From Dichotomicrobium sp. (GTDB taxonomy: Bacteria > Pseudomonadota > Alphaproteobacteria > Rhizobiales > Rhodomicrobiaceae), in the NCBI GenBank assembly GCA_036734025.1, contig DAIMZI010000003.1, positions 6,170-70,169 on the forward strand: a stretch of DNA of 64,000 nt. Direction: 5' to 3'. Position 1 is the stretch's first letter, and each line of letters starts with the position of its first letter. The translations under genes and the position numbers were made by a program. Positions 1-8,769 of the stretch are shown in pieces. The notes beneath the pieces are model-generated. The model saw only the letters and a list, made by a program, of their open reading frames with translations, was not told where the DNA came from and ran no database searches.

Positions 1-960
1 ATGGCGCCGAAGACGATCGAGAGCGTGCTGTCGGCTATAAGCGGCTTGTGGCCGCTGGCACCCGACGCGGAAATTACCCTGGAAGCCAATCCGTCGAGCG
101 TGGAGGCCGCGCGCTTTTCCGGCTACCGCGCCGCCGGAGTGAACCGGGTGTCGCTGGGTGTTCAGTCGCTGCGCGATGATCAATTGCGTTTTCTCGGCCG
201 GCTGCACTCCGCGGATGAGGCGCGGCGCGCGCTCAGCATCGCAACCCGCACGTTCGAGCGCGTTTCCATCGACCTCATTTATGCCCGCCCCGACCAGACC
301 GAGGCGGCGTGGCGCGATGAGCTTGGCGAGGCGCTGGCGCTGGGCACGCGGCATCTGTCGGCCTATCAGCTCACCATCGAGCCCGATACCGCTTTCTTCC
401 GGCTACACCGCGAGGGGAAACTGCGCGTTCCCGCCGACGATGCAGCCGCCGATCTTTATGCGCTGACATCGCACTTGTGCGCCGATGCCGGTCTGAGCGC
501 TTACGAGACGTCGAATTACGCCATGCCGGGCGAGGAAAGCCGGCATAATCTGGTCTACTGGCGCTACGGCGAATATGCCGGTGTCGGGCCCGGCGCGCAT
601 TCGCGGCTGCGCATCGGCGAAAGCGGGCGGGTGGCGTGCGAGGCTGTCCGCGATCCGGCTGGCTGGCTGATGCAGGTCGAGCGCGACGGTACGGGCATTG
701 CGTCGCAAACGATGATCTCCCGGCTTGAGCAGGCCGAGGAAATGCTGCTGATGGGCCTGCGCCTGGCGGAAGGCGTGCCGCTCGCTCGTCTTGAAGCGCT
801 CACCGGCCAAACGATTGGACTTGGCGCCATCGAGGCACTGGTTCGGGCGGGGCTGGTCGAGATGACCGGTGATCGACGTGTCCGCGTCCGCGAGGCCGGC
901 AGATTGCTTGTCAATCATGTCGTCCTGGAACTCGCGAACGGGCTTGACCCTATAGGCTGA
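1..960 (+). CDS. hemW: Radical-SAM heme chaperone HemW / HemN-like family protein, C-terminal ~319 aa (5' end lies outside the window)
   Basis: The ORF is open to the window edge. Motifs EANPSSV, GVNRVSLGVQS, IDLIYARP, HLSAYQLTIEP and NLVYWRYGEY are typical of the HemN/HemW family. Confidence 0.85.
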   Translation: MAPKTIESVLSAISGLWPLAPDAEITLEANPSSVEAARFSGYRAAGVNRVSLGVQSLRDDQLRFLGRLHSADEARRALSIATRTFERVSIDLIYARPDQTEAAWRDELGEALALGTRHLSAYQLTIEPDTAFFRLHREGKLRVPADDAAADLYALTSHLCADAGLSAYETSNYAMPGEESRHNLVYWRYGEYAGVGPGAHSRLRIGESGRVACEAVRDPAGWLMQVERDGTGIASQTMISRLEQAEEMLLMGLRLAEGVPLARLEALTGQTIGLGAIEALVRAGLVEMTGDRRVRVREAGRLLVNHVVLELANGLDPIG

Positions 961-1023
961 ACCCGCTCCTTGCGTCGCCAGACCGCTTCGCGACACGGCA
1001 AGGCCTGTGCTAACATATGTTTC

Positions 1024-4000
1024 ATGTCAGCACCCGATCCGCTCATTCATGCCCGTGGCCTGATCCGCGAGGCGGTCCGCGCCGTCGAGGCCGGGCTGGT
1101 GGCGGAACTGGTGAGGCTTGCCGCCCTTGGCGAGGCCGATCGCAGCCGCATCTGCGCTGATGCCAGCGCACTGGTGCGCAGGTTGCGCGCCGAGGCCCGT
1201 CCCAGCCTCATGGAACAGTTTTTGGCCGCCTATGGCCTGAGCACGCGCGAGGGCATCGCCCTCATGTGCCTTGCCGAGGCCGTGCTGCGCGTGCCCGATG
1301 ACCGCACCATAGACGCGCTGATCCGTGACAAGGTCTCGGCCGGGCGATGGGGCCAGCATATCAGCCAATCGAGCTCGGCATTGGTGAATGCTTCGGCCTG
1401 GGCGCTGATGCTGACCGGGCGCGTGATCGCGGATGATGAACAGGCTCTCGCCAGCACATTGCGCGGCATGGTGCGCCGGCTGGGCGAGCCTGTGGTGCGC
1501 ACTGCTGTCGAGCAGGCCATGCGCGAGATGGGCCGCACCTTCGTTCTGGGTGCAACGATGGAAAAGGCGACGGCGCGCGCCACCGAGATGGAGGCGGCGG
1601 GTTATACCTATTCCTACGACATGCTCGGCGAGGCCGCGCGCACCGAGGCCGACGCGCGGCGCTACCATATGGCCTATGCCGCGGCCATCAGCGCCCTGGC
1701 GCCGCGATGTGTCAATGTCGTTCGCGACAATCCCGGCATTTCCGTTAAATTATCGGCGCTGCATCCGCGCTATGAATTCGCCCAGAGGCAGCGCGTGATG
1801 AGCGAATTGTTGCCCCGCGTCCTGTCGCTGGCGCTGCTGGCCAGAAGCGCCAACATGGGCTTCAACATCGACGCCGAGGAGGCCGACCGGCTGGACCTGT
1901 CGCTCGATCTCATCGAAGCCATGCTGAGCTCACCGGCGACGGCTGGCTGGGACGGGTTCGGCGTGGTCGTGCAGGCCTATGGCCGGCGCGCGAGCGCGGT
2001 CATCGACTGGCTGCACGAGCTTGCCAGACGGCATGACCGGCGCATCATGGTGCGGCTGGTCAAGGGCGCCTATTGGGACACCGAAATCAAGCACGCCCAG
2101 ACGCTCGGGCTGTCCGGCTTTCCGGTCTTCACCCGCAAGGCCGCGACCGATGTCTCCTTTCTGGCGTGCGCGCGCAAGCTGCTCGGCATGACCGAGCACA
2201 TCTATCCGCAATTCGCCACGCACAACGCCCATTCCCTGGCGGCGGTTCTGTACATGGCCGGCGGCATGACAAAGACGGCGTTCGAATTTCAGCGCCTGCA
2301 TGGTATGGGCGAGGCCCTGCACGGGCTGGTCCACGCCGAGCACGGCACGCGCTGCCGGATTTATGCCCCGGTCGGCGCGCACCGCGATCTGCTGGCCTAT
2401 CTGGTGCGCCGGCTGCTGGAAAACGGCGCCAACTCATCCTTTGTCCATCAGATCATGGATGAGGCGATCCCGCCCGAAGAGGTGGCACGCGATCCTTTTG
2501 CAGCAATCGCGGCGCTGAATGAGGGTATCGCAAATCCGGTCGTGACCGCTCCCGCCGAACTGTTCGCCCCGGCGCGGCGCAATTCGCGCGGCTGGGATCT
2601 GAGCGATCCGCGTGTTGTGAGCGAACTCGATGCTGCGCGCGCGGCTTTTGCCACGGCCCGCTGGCAGGCCAGGCCGATGATCGCCGGCGATGTCGCGCAA
2701 ACCGGCGTGATCCGCGAGGCCGCCAATCCGGCACGGCCCGACGATTGTCCGGGCACCATCGAGGACGCGACGCCGGCCCATGTGGCTTCGGCGCTCGATC
2801 ATGCGGCAAGTGCCTTTCCGGCGTGGAGCGCGCGAACGGCGCAGGATCGCCGCGCCGTGCTCGATGCTGCGGCTGATCTTTACGAGACGCATGCGCTGGA
2901 ACTTTTTGCGCTATGCGCGCGTGAAGCCGGCAAGACGCTGGCAGATGGTGTGGCCGAAGTGCGCGAGGCCGTCGATTTCCTGCGCTATTATGCCGCCGAG
3001 TCGGTGCGGCTCGAGACCGAGGCCCCCGGTAGCGCGCGCGGCACCTTCGTCTGCATCTCTCCGTGGAATTTTCCGCTGGCGATCTTTACCGGCCAGATCG
3101 CCGCGGCGCTGGCCGCCGGCAACACGGTGATCGCCAAACCCGCCGAACAGACACCGCTCATCGCCGCGCGCGCCGCGCAATTGCTGCATCAGGCCGGCGT
3201 GCCAGAGGATGTGCTGCAACTCCTGCCTGGTCCCGGCGCGCAGATCGGCGCGCAGCTCGTAGCGGATCCGCGCATCGCCGGCGTCTGCTTCACCGGCTCC
3301 ACCGCCTCCGCGCAGGCGATCAACCGCAACCTGGCGGAATATGGGCGCGCCGACGCGGTGCTGATCGCCGAAACCGGGGGCATCAATGCCATGATCCTCG
3401 ACTCAACCGCCCTGCCGGAGCAGGCGGTGCGCGATGTGATCCATTCGGCCTTTCAAAGCGCCGGCCAGCGCTGTTCTGCGCTGCGGGTGCTTTATGTTCA
3501 GGATGATGTCGCCGAGCGCACGCTGGCGATGCTGTGTGGTGCGATGGATGAATTGCGCCTTGGCGATCCCTGGGAGCTGTCCACCGATGTCGGCCCGGTG
3601 ATCGACACCGCGGCGCAGGCGGCGATCAGCGGCTACTGCCGGGAAAGAGCCGAAGAAGGCCGAGTTCTGAAGACGCTGCGGGCGCCCGGCGAGGGCTTTT
3701 TCGTCGGCCCATGCGTGGTGCGCGTCTCCGGAATAGCCGAAGTGCAGCGTGAGATTTTCGGCCCCGTGCTGCATGTCGCCACCTTCAGAGCCGATGGGCT
3801 GGGCAGCGTCGTCGATGCCATAAACGCGAGCGGCTACGGGCTGACGGCTGGCCTGCATACGCGCATCGACCAGCGGGTGCAGCGCGTCGTGGACCGGCTG
3901 CACGCCGGCAATATCTATGTCAACCGGAACCAGATCGGCGCGGTCGTCGGCTCCCAGCCCTTCGGCGGCGAGCGGCTGTCGGGCACGGGCCCCAAGGCGG

Positions 4001-4680
4001 GCGGGCCGAATTATCTGCGCGCCTTTCGCCGGCTTGACACCCAGGCCGAGGCAAAACGGGCCTATGCGGGTGGCCAACATCGCGTGGAACCTGTCAGGCC
4101 GGAGCAAATTCAGGCCGAGATCGACCGGCTGGTCGCACTCGCGCCCTCGCCTGAAGCTGCCGCACGTCTGGCCGAAGACAGCGGCGGGCTTGCGGCGCAA
4201 GCGCTGGCGGCGGTCCGGGCGCTCGGCGCGCGTGAGCGTGATTTGCCGGGACCGACGGGCGAGAGCAACCGCCTCAGCATGCATCCGCGCGGCGTCGTCC
4301 TGTGTCTGGGGCCTTCGCCCGAACAGACCGCCGCCCAGGCTATCCAGGCGCTGGCCCTTGGCAACGGGGCGCTGGTCATTTGCGATCCCTTGCCCGATGC
4401 GGTGCGCGCTCTCGGTGCAGGGGAGGCGCGGCTGGGGAGGCTGGCCGGCACGCTCGATCCGGCAATCCTGCGCACGCTAAGCGGCCTTGCCGGCGCGGCC
4501 TATGCCGGTGGCGGCGAAAATCTGCGCGATCTGCGCCGTGCTCTGGCGGCGCGAGACGGGCCGATCCTGCCGCTGATCTGCGATGTTATTCAGCCCGAAC
4601 GCTATGTCATCGAGCGCCACGTCTGCGCCGACACGACAGCCGCCGGCGGCAATGCCGCACTGCTCGCGCTTGGCAGTTGA
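1024..4680 (+). CDS. putA: Bifunctional proline dehydrogenase / L-glutamate-gamma-semialdehyde (P5C) dehydrogenase PutA, long form without an N-terminal RHH DNA-binding domain
   Basis: 1218 aa. A PRODH barrel (MVRLVKGAYWD, FATHNAHS) is followed by an aldehyde dehydrogenase domain (ISPWNFPLAI, KPAEQTPLIA, ETGGINAMI, GQRCSALR). The first in-frame ATG at 1024 is preferred over the track start at 970. Confidence 0.93.
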   Translation: MSAPDPLIHARGLIREAVRAVEAGLVAELVRLAALGEADRSRICADASALVRRLRAEARPSLMEQFLAAYGLSTREGIALMCLAEAVLRVPDDRTIDALIRDKVSAGRWGQHISQSSSALVNASAWALMLTGRVIADDEQALASTLRGMVRRLGEPVVRTAVEQAMREMGRTFVLGATMEKATARATEMEAAGYTYSYDMLGEAARTEADARRYHMAYAAAISALAPRCVNVVRDNPGISVKLSALHPRYEFAQRQRVMSELLPRVLSLALLARSANMGFNIDAEEADRLDLSLDLIEAMLSSPATAGWDGFGVVVQAYGRRASAVIDWLHELARRHDRRIMVRLVKGAYWDTEIKHAQTLGLSGFPVFTRKAATDVSFLACARKLLGMTEHIYPQFATHNAHSLAAVLYMAGGMTKTAFEFQRLHGMGEALHGLVHAEHGTRCRIYAPVGAHRDLLAYLVRRLLENGANSSFVHQIMDEAIPPEEVARDPFAAIAALNEGIANPVVTAPAELFAPARRNSRGWDLSDPRVVSELDAARAAFATARWQARPMIAGDVAQTGVIREAANPARPDDCPGTIEDATPAHVASALDHAASAFPAWSARTAQDRRAVLDAAADLYETHALELFALCAREAGKTLADGVAEVREAVDFLRYYAAESVRLETEAPGSARGTFVCISPWNFPLAIFTGQIAAALAAGNTVIAKPAEQTPLIAARAAQLLHQAGVPEDVLQLLPGPGAQIGAQLVADPRIAGVCFTGSTASAQAINRNLAEYGRADAVLIAETGGINAMILDSTALPEQAVRDVIHSAFQSAGQRCSALRVLYVQDDVAERTLAMLCGAMDELRLGDPWELSTDVGPVIDTAAQAAISGYCRERAEEGRVLKTLRAPGEGFFVGPCVVRVSGIAEVQREIFGPVLHVATFRADGLGSVVDAINASGYGLTAGLHTRIDQRVQRVVDRLHAGNIYVNRNQIGAVVGSQPFGGERLSGTGPKAGGPNYLRAFRRLDTQAEAKRAYAGGQHRVEPVRPEQIQAEIDRLVALAPSPEAAARLAEDSGGLAAQALAAVRALGARERDLPGPTGESNRLSMHPRGVVLCLGPSPEQTAAQAIQALALGNGALVICDPLPDAVRALGAGEARLGRLAGTLDPAILRTLSGLAGAAYAGGGENLRDLRRALAARDGPILPLICDVIQPERYVIERHVCADTTAAGGNAALLALGS

Positions 4681-4683
4681 TCC

Positions 4684-4704
4684 CCGGCGCACAGCCTGCG
4701 CCGG
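4684..4704 (+). terminator. Candidate stem-loop terminator after putA
   Basis: Perfect 8-bp stem CCGGCGCA/TGCGCCGG with a 5-nt loop, 4 nt after the putA stop. The U-tract (TTCACGTTG) is weak. Confidence 0.45.
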
Positions 4705-4787
4705 TTCACGTTGCAAAATCATATGCCGCGCATTAATCAAAATCAGCCATAACATAAGCGTGTAAAAAAAAAGCGGGAGAGAACGGC

Positions 4788-5951
4788 ATGGTCAAGCAGA
4801 CGGCGTTGCAACAACTCGACAAGGCGATGAAGACCGTCCGCGACCTTGGCGTGCGCGTCGAGCCGGTGAAGGACAATCCCATCGCCGCGCTTCTCGACAA
4901 GATCTACAAGCTCGATGAGGAGAATGTTGCGGTCATAGCGCGCACCCTGTCGGAAGCCTCGACATTCAACGAAATCGTCCGCAACGAGATATCGGCGATG
5001 GATATCGGCGAGCGCCACATGGAAATCGTCAACGCCTTCAATTCGATCCGCGACGACGCCAAGCGGCTGGTCGATCAGCTTGAGGACGGGCGTATCGATA
5101 CCTTCGAGCGTCTCGCCAACATGTGGATGAAGGTGCGTCGCGGCGATATCGCCGACCGGTTCGACGAGATCCGCTACACTTATCTGGAGGTGGCGAAAAG
5201 CTCGAAGGACCAGATCGAGCGTGAGGCGCGCATTCTGGAGGCCTACCGCGATTTTCGCGGCGCCTACAAGCGCGCACAAGTGCTGGCGCTGAAAGTCTAT
5301 GAAAAGGCGCAAAAGGAACTGGCCTCGGCCAAGGCGCGGCTGGAGAAGGCAAATCAGGCAGTGGAGGCTTTTGCCGGAACCGAAGTGTCCGAGCGCGCCG
5401 AACTGGAGATGAAGCGCGACGATGAGGTGCGCGCGCTCCAGGAAGAGGAAAAGCGCTATCAGATCTCCAAGGACCTCGCCGACAATCTGACCATCGGCTA
5501 CAACACCTCAGAAGTGATCATGTCGCGGCTGATGCAGACGACGAGCGCCAAGGAACGTGTTTACGCCCAGGCCGTCAGCTTCTTTTCCACCAACGAGGCG
5601 GTGCTGACGGCGCTGAAGGCGTCATTCACCGGTCTGGTCGGGCTGCATGAGAGCACGCGCACGCTGGAGGCCATGAAGAAGGGCGTGTCCGACAGTCTGG
5701 AGACGCTCGCCGACATTGGTGACAAGGTGCAGGAAGAAGCGCTCAAGGCAGGTTATGGCCCCACCGTGCGGGCCGAGGCCGTCAAGAAGCTGGTCGATTC
5801 GGTCGTCACCTTTCAGGTGCGCTCGCGCGAAATCATAGAAGAAATGCGCATTCTCGCCACCCGCAATTCGGAAGAAATCCGCGAGGCGGTGGAGGAAGGC
5901 AAGCGCCGGCTGGCCAGGCTTGCTGCTGAAGGCAACGCGTTGACGATCTGA
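4788..5951 (+). CDS. TelA-like (toxic anion resistance family) all-helical soluble protein; family assignment tentative
   Basis: 387 aa with RBS GGGAGAG upstream. The sequence is Glu/Lys/Arg/Ala-rich and helical, with no TM segment. Size and overall pattern resemble the TelA/KlaB family. This has not been verified by HMM. Confidence 0.55.
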   Translation: MVKQTALQQLDKAMKTVRDLGVRVEPVKDNPIAALLDKIYKLDEENVAVIARTLSEASTFNEIVRNEISAMDIGERHMEIVNAFNSIRDDAKRLVDQLEDGRIDTFERLANMWMKVRRGDIADRFDEIRYTYLEVAKSSKDQIEREARILEAYRDFRGAYKRAQVLALKVYEKAQKELASAKARLEKANQAVEAFAGTEVSERAELEMKRDDEVRALQEEEKRYQISKDLADNLTIGYNTSEVIMSRLMQTTSAKERVYAQAVSFFSTNEAVLTALKASFTGLVGLHESTRTLEAMKKGVSDSLETLADIGDKVQEEALKAGYGPTVRAEAVKKLVDSVVTFQVRSREIIEEMRILATRNSEEIREAVEEGKRRLARLAAEGNALTI

Positions 5952-5982
5952 ACTCCAGCGCACCCGCATATCGGGTTAAGAC

Positions 5983-6921
5983 ATGGCAGACCCAAACCAA
6001 AGCGCACCGCCGGCAGCCAAGGCGCCGCTCGATGACGTGATGATGGCGATGGACGTGGTCGATACGCTGCGTCATGACATCATAATCGCCGAACGCGAGA
6101 TGGCCGGCGACGAGCGTCGCCAGGATCTGCTGGCGAGACTCCGCGCGCTTTATCGCAGCCAGGGCATCGAGGTGCCCGACGAGATCCTCGAAGAGGGCGT
6201 CCGCGCGCTGGAGCAGGATCGGTTCACCTATGAGCCGCCGCGCGGCGGGCTGGGCGTTTGGCTGGCGCGGCTTTACGTGGCGCGGCTGCGCCTTGCAAAA
6301 ACAGCCGCGGCGGGGATCGCGATTGTCGCGCTGCTCTGGGGTGGCTGGTACATGCTGGTGGAGCGCCCGCGCATACAGCTTGCCCAGGACCTGCGCGTGG
6401 CCTTGCCACAGCGTCTGGACATGCTCGTCTCGCAGATCACAGCCGAGGCCGAAGCCGCAGACGTCAGCGCGCGAGCGCGCGTGCTGGCTAGCGATGGGCG
6501 CGCCGCGGCGGCTGCGGCAAACGACCAGGCCGCGCGGAGCGCCGAAGCCGATCTGCGCGCCATGCTGAGCAGACTGCGCGAAACCTATGACATCAGGATC
6601 GTGACCCGAGAGGGGGTGGAAAGCGGCGTGTGGCGCGAACCTCGCGTCAACGAGACAGCCCGCAACTATTATCTCATCGTCGAGGCGGTGAACCCGCGCG
6701 GCGAGATCATCGCGCGCGACATCGCCAACGAGGAAACCGGGCGCACCGAGCGCGTGGAGAGATGGGGCGTGCGGGTGCCAGAGCGCGTCTGGCAGCGGGT
6801 GCGAGCGGACAAGAGCGACGACGGCATCATTCAGGATGTGCTGGTCGCCACCAAAGCCCGCGGCAAGATGGAGCCGGACTGGCGGATCGAGGTCTCGGGT
6901 GGTGCAATCACAGGCTGGTAG
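5983..6921 (+). CDS. Hypothetical single-pass membrane protein (cytoplasmic helical N-domain, TM about aa 107-126, ~185-aa extracytoplasmic domain)
   Basis: 312 aa, starting 31 nt after the TelA-like gene. The hydrophobic segment TAAAGIAIVALLWGGWYMLV lies at nt ~6301-6360. G/C third-position bias is strong in this frame. Confidence 0.7.
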   Translation: MADPNQSAPPAAKAPLDDVMMAMDVVDTLRHDIIIAEREMAGDERRQDLLARLRALYRSQGIEVPDEILEEGVRALEQDRFTYEPPRGGLGVWLARLYVARLRLAKTAAAGIAIVALLWGGWYMLVERPRIQLAQDLRVALPQRLDMLVSQITAEAEAADVSARARVLASDGRAAAAAANDQAARSAEADLRAMLSRLRETYDIRIVTREGVESGVWREPRVNETARNYYLIVEAVNPRGEIIARDIANEETGRTERVERWGVRVPERVWQRVRADKSDDGIIQDVLVATKARGKMEPDWRIEVSGGAITGW

Positions 6922-8326
6922 AAACATTGTCGGCGGGCGCGAGACGCTTGGCTCGATCGAGAAATCCATCGCCGATCTGCGCGCGCGCGAAGCCGCGATC
7001 CAGTCCGAAATGGAAGCCGGCAACCGCGAGCGTACCAAATTGCTCGAAGGGCGGGTCGGCGCGTTTCGCGATCTTGCCGAATTGCGCGTGACGACGGCGC
7101 TCGCCGATGGCGTCATCGATGCAGCCGACCAGCTTTCCGCACAGGTCTCGCCAATGCTGGACGCGCGCCAGAAGACGATAACAGCGCTCAAACGGCGCGC
7201 CGAAAAGGTGGTGCGCGAGCGGGAGAAGCTGGCGAAGGCCCACGCCGAACTGGCGGCCTCGATCGCCGAGCGGGAGACAGAACTCGACCGGCTGGCGATC
7301 CAGGCGAGGGCTGATCTGCAAGCGGCCGGCGAGCAGGCGCAGCGTTTTCAGTCGGTCGAGGCGCTGCGCGAGATGCATGAGAAGGCGCTGGAAAAGGCGC
7401 AGACGGCTGAAGCCGATCGCCGCACCAAGGGCGAGCCTTATGAAAATGATCCGCTTTTCATCTATCTGTGGCGCCGTGATTATGGCGGACGCGACTATCG
7501 ACCGAGCCGCATCATCCGCTGGCTGGATGGCAAGGTCGCGGCGCTGATCGGCTGGAGCAATGCCCGTGCCAACTATTCCATGCTTCTGGAGATACCCAAA
7601 CGGCTGAGCGAACATGCCGAACGGCTCAAGGCGCGCCTCGATGCTGCGGAAGGACAGATCGAGGATGCAGTGGCGCAGCGTCTGCGCGAGTTGGCCGGGG
7701 CTGACCTGCCGGCGGCTTTGGCGGCTGAGCGCGAACGCCATGCCAAGGAGAACAAGGCGATCGACAAGCTGGCCGCGGAAGAAACCGAAATCACCACGCA
7801 ATTGAACATCTATGCCAGCGGCACGGACCCGGCCTTTACCCGCATCATCGAGCTTGAAGGCGATTTTCTCGAGGGCAAGGATATGGACCGGCTGCGTGAG
7901 CTGGCGCGCCAGACCCATTCGCCCGCCGATGATCAGATCGTTCAGCGGATCGGTCTCTTCAAAGACAAGATCGATACGCTGACGCGGCGCATGGACCGTT
8001 TGCGTGAGGACCTGCGCGAGGTCGCCCGGCGGCGCGATGAAATGGTGCGGGCGGCCGCCGAGTTCCGTCGCTCGGGCTATGATGACCCCGGTTCGGTGTT
8101 CACCAATGGCAGCGGTATGGAGCAGCTCTTGCAGGAGTTGCTGAAAGGGTTGATCACGGGTGCGGAATACTGGGCGAGATCGCAGAAGAATCATCGCTGG
8201 CGTTCGCGCCCGGCCGATTCCTATCGCCGCGGCACAAGCTGGCCGTCGTCTGGCCCGTTCCCACGCGCTCCCAAAAGCGGATCGCCCCGGCGCGGCCCCG
8301 ATTTTCGCACCGGCGGCCGGTTCTGA
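6899..8326 (+). CDS. Hypothetical long coiled-coil protein with a central aromatic/basic block and a basic Pro/Arg/Ser tail; start uncertain
   Basis: GTG at 6899 is preceded by GAGG and overlaps the upstream stop by 23 nt. Alternative starts are ATG 6836 (track) and ATG 7010. Heptad-like E/R/A/L stretches flank DPLFIYLWRRDYGGRDYRPSRIIRWLDGKVAALIGW (nt ~7448-7555). Confidence 0.65.
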   Translation: MVQSQAGRNIVGGRETLGSIEKSIADLRAREAAIQSEMEAGNRERTKLLEGRVGAFRDLAELRVTTALADGVIDAADQLSAQVSPMLDARQKTITALKRRAEKVVREREKLAKAHAELAASIAERETELDRLAIQARADLQAAGEQAQRFQSVEALREMHEKALEKAQTAEADRRTKGEPYENDPLFIYLWRRDYGGRDYRPSRIIRWLDGKVAALIGWSNARANYSMLLEIPKRLSEHAERLKARLDAAEGQIEDAVAQRLRELAGADLPAALAAERERHAKENKAIDKLAAEETEITTQLNIYASGTDPAFTRIIELEGDFLEGKDMDRLRELARQTHSPADDQIVQRIGLFKDKIDTLTRRMDRLREDLREVARRRDEMVRAAAEFRRSGYDDPGSVFTNGSGMEQLLQELLKGLITGAEYWARSQKNHRWRSRPADSYRRGTSWPSSGPFPRAPKSGSPRRGPDFRTGGRF

Positions 8327-8341
8327 TCGGGCGCGGCTGCG

Positions 8342-8707
8342 TCACAGATGAAACATCAGCACCAGCAGCCCGACGATCAGCGCGTTCATCTGGGCTGATG
8401 CCGACACATAGCCGAGCGGCACGCGGCTGCGATACTCGGTCTGCACCCTTGTCTCGACCACGGCGGGCGCGTCATCGGGCCTGCCCCTGACCCAGCGCCA
8501 CAAATATCGCAGGCCGGTCCGCACATAGCGTGCCAGCGCGAGCGATCCGCCCGCGAGGCTGCGGTAGCGCACGACCAGCAGGACCCATACCGCAATGCCG
8601 AGCCACAACACGGTCGATATCAGATCGCGGATGATGAACCAGGCTATGGTCCAGACCACACCGAGCACGAAGCTGATCGCCGTCCACAAAAGGCCGAGAA
8701 AGTCCAT
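8342..8707 (-). CDS. Small polytopic membrane protein (hypothetical)
   Basis: 121 aa with an ATG start. There are three or four hydrophobic segments (LLWTAISFVLGVVWTIAWFII, VLWLGIAVWVLLVV, ALIVGLLVLMF). Confidence 0.65.
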   Translation of the reverse strand: MDFLGLLWTAISFVLGVVWTIAWFIIRDLISTVLWLGIAVWVLLVVRYRSLAGGSLALARYVRTGLRYLWRWVRGRPDDAPAVVETRVQTEYRSRVPLGYVSASAQMNALIVGLLVLMFHL

Positions 8708-8769
8708 GGCGCGTTTCCGTCTTCAGTATGGCTGCGCAAGCTCAGCCGAGTGCGCCTGATCCGGCGCGT

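Noticed and set aside
5833-8194. Two long minus-strand ORFs (5833-7191, 452 aa; 6908-8194, 428 aa) opposite the TelA-like module.
   Set aside because: They are Arg/Ala/Pro/His-rich and irregular. The plus-strand frames carry the G/C third-position bias, RBSs, a clean TM helix and heptad periodicity. I therefore treat them as shadow ORFs. Because the plus-strand genes are uncharacterised, strand-specific expression data would be a useful confirmation.
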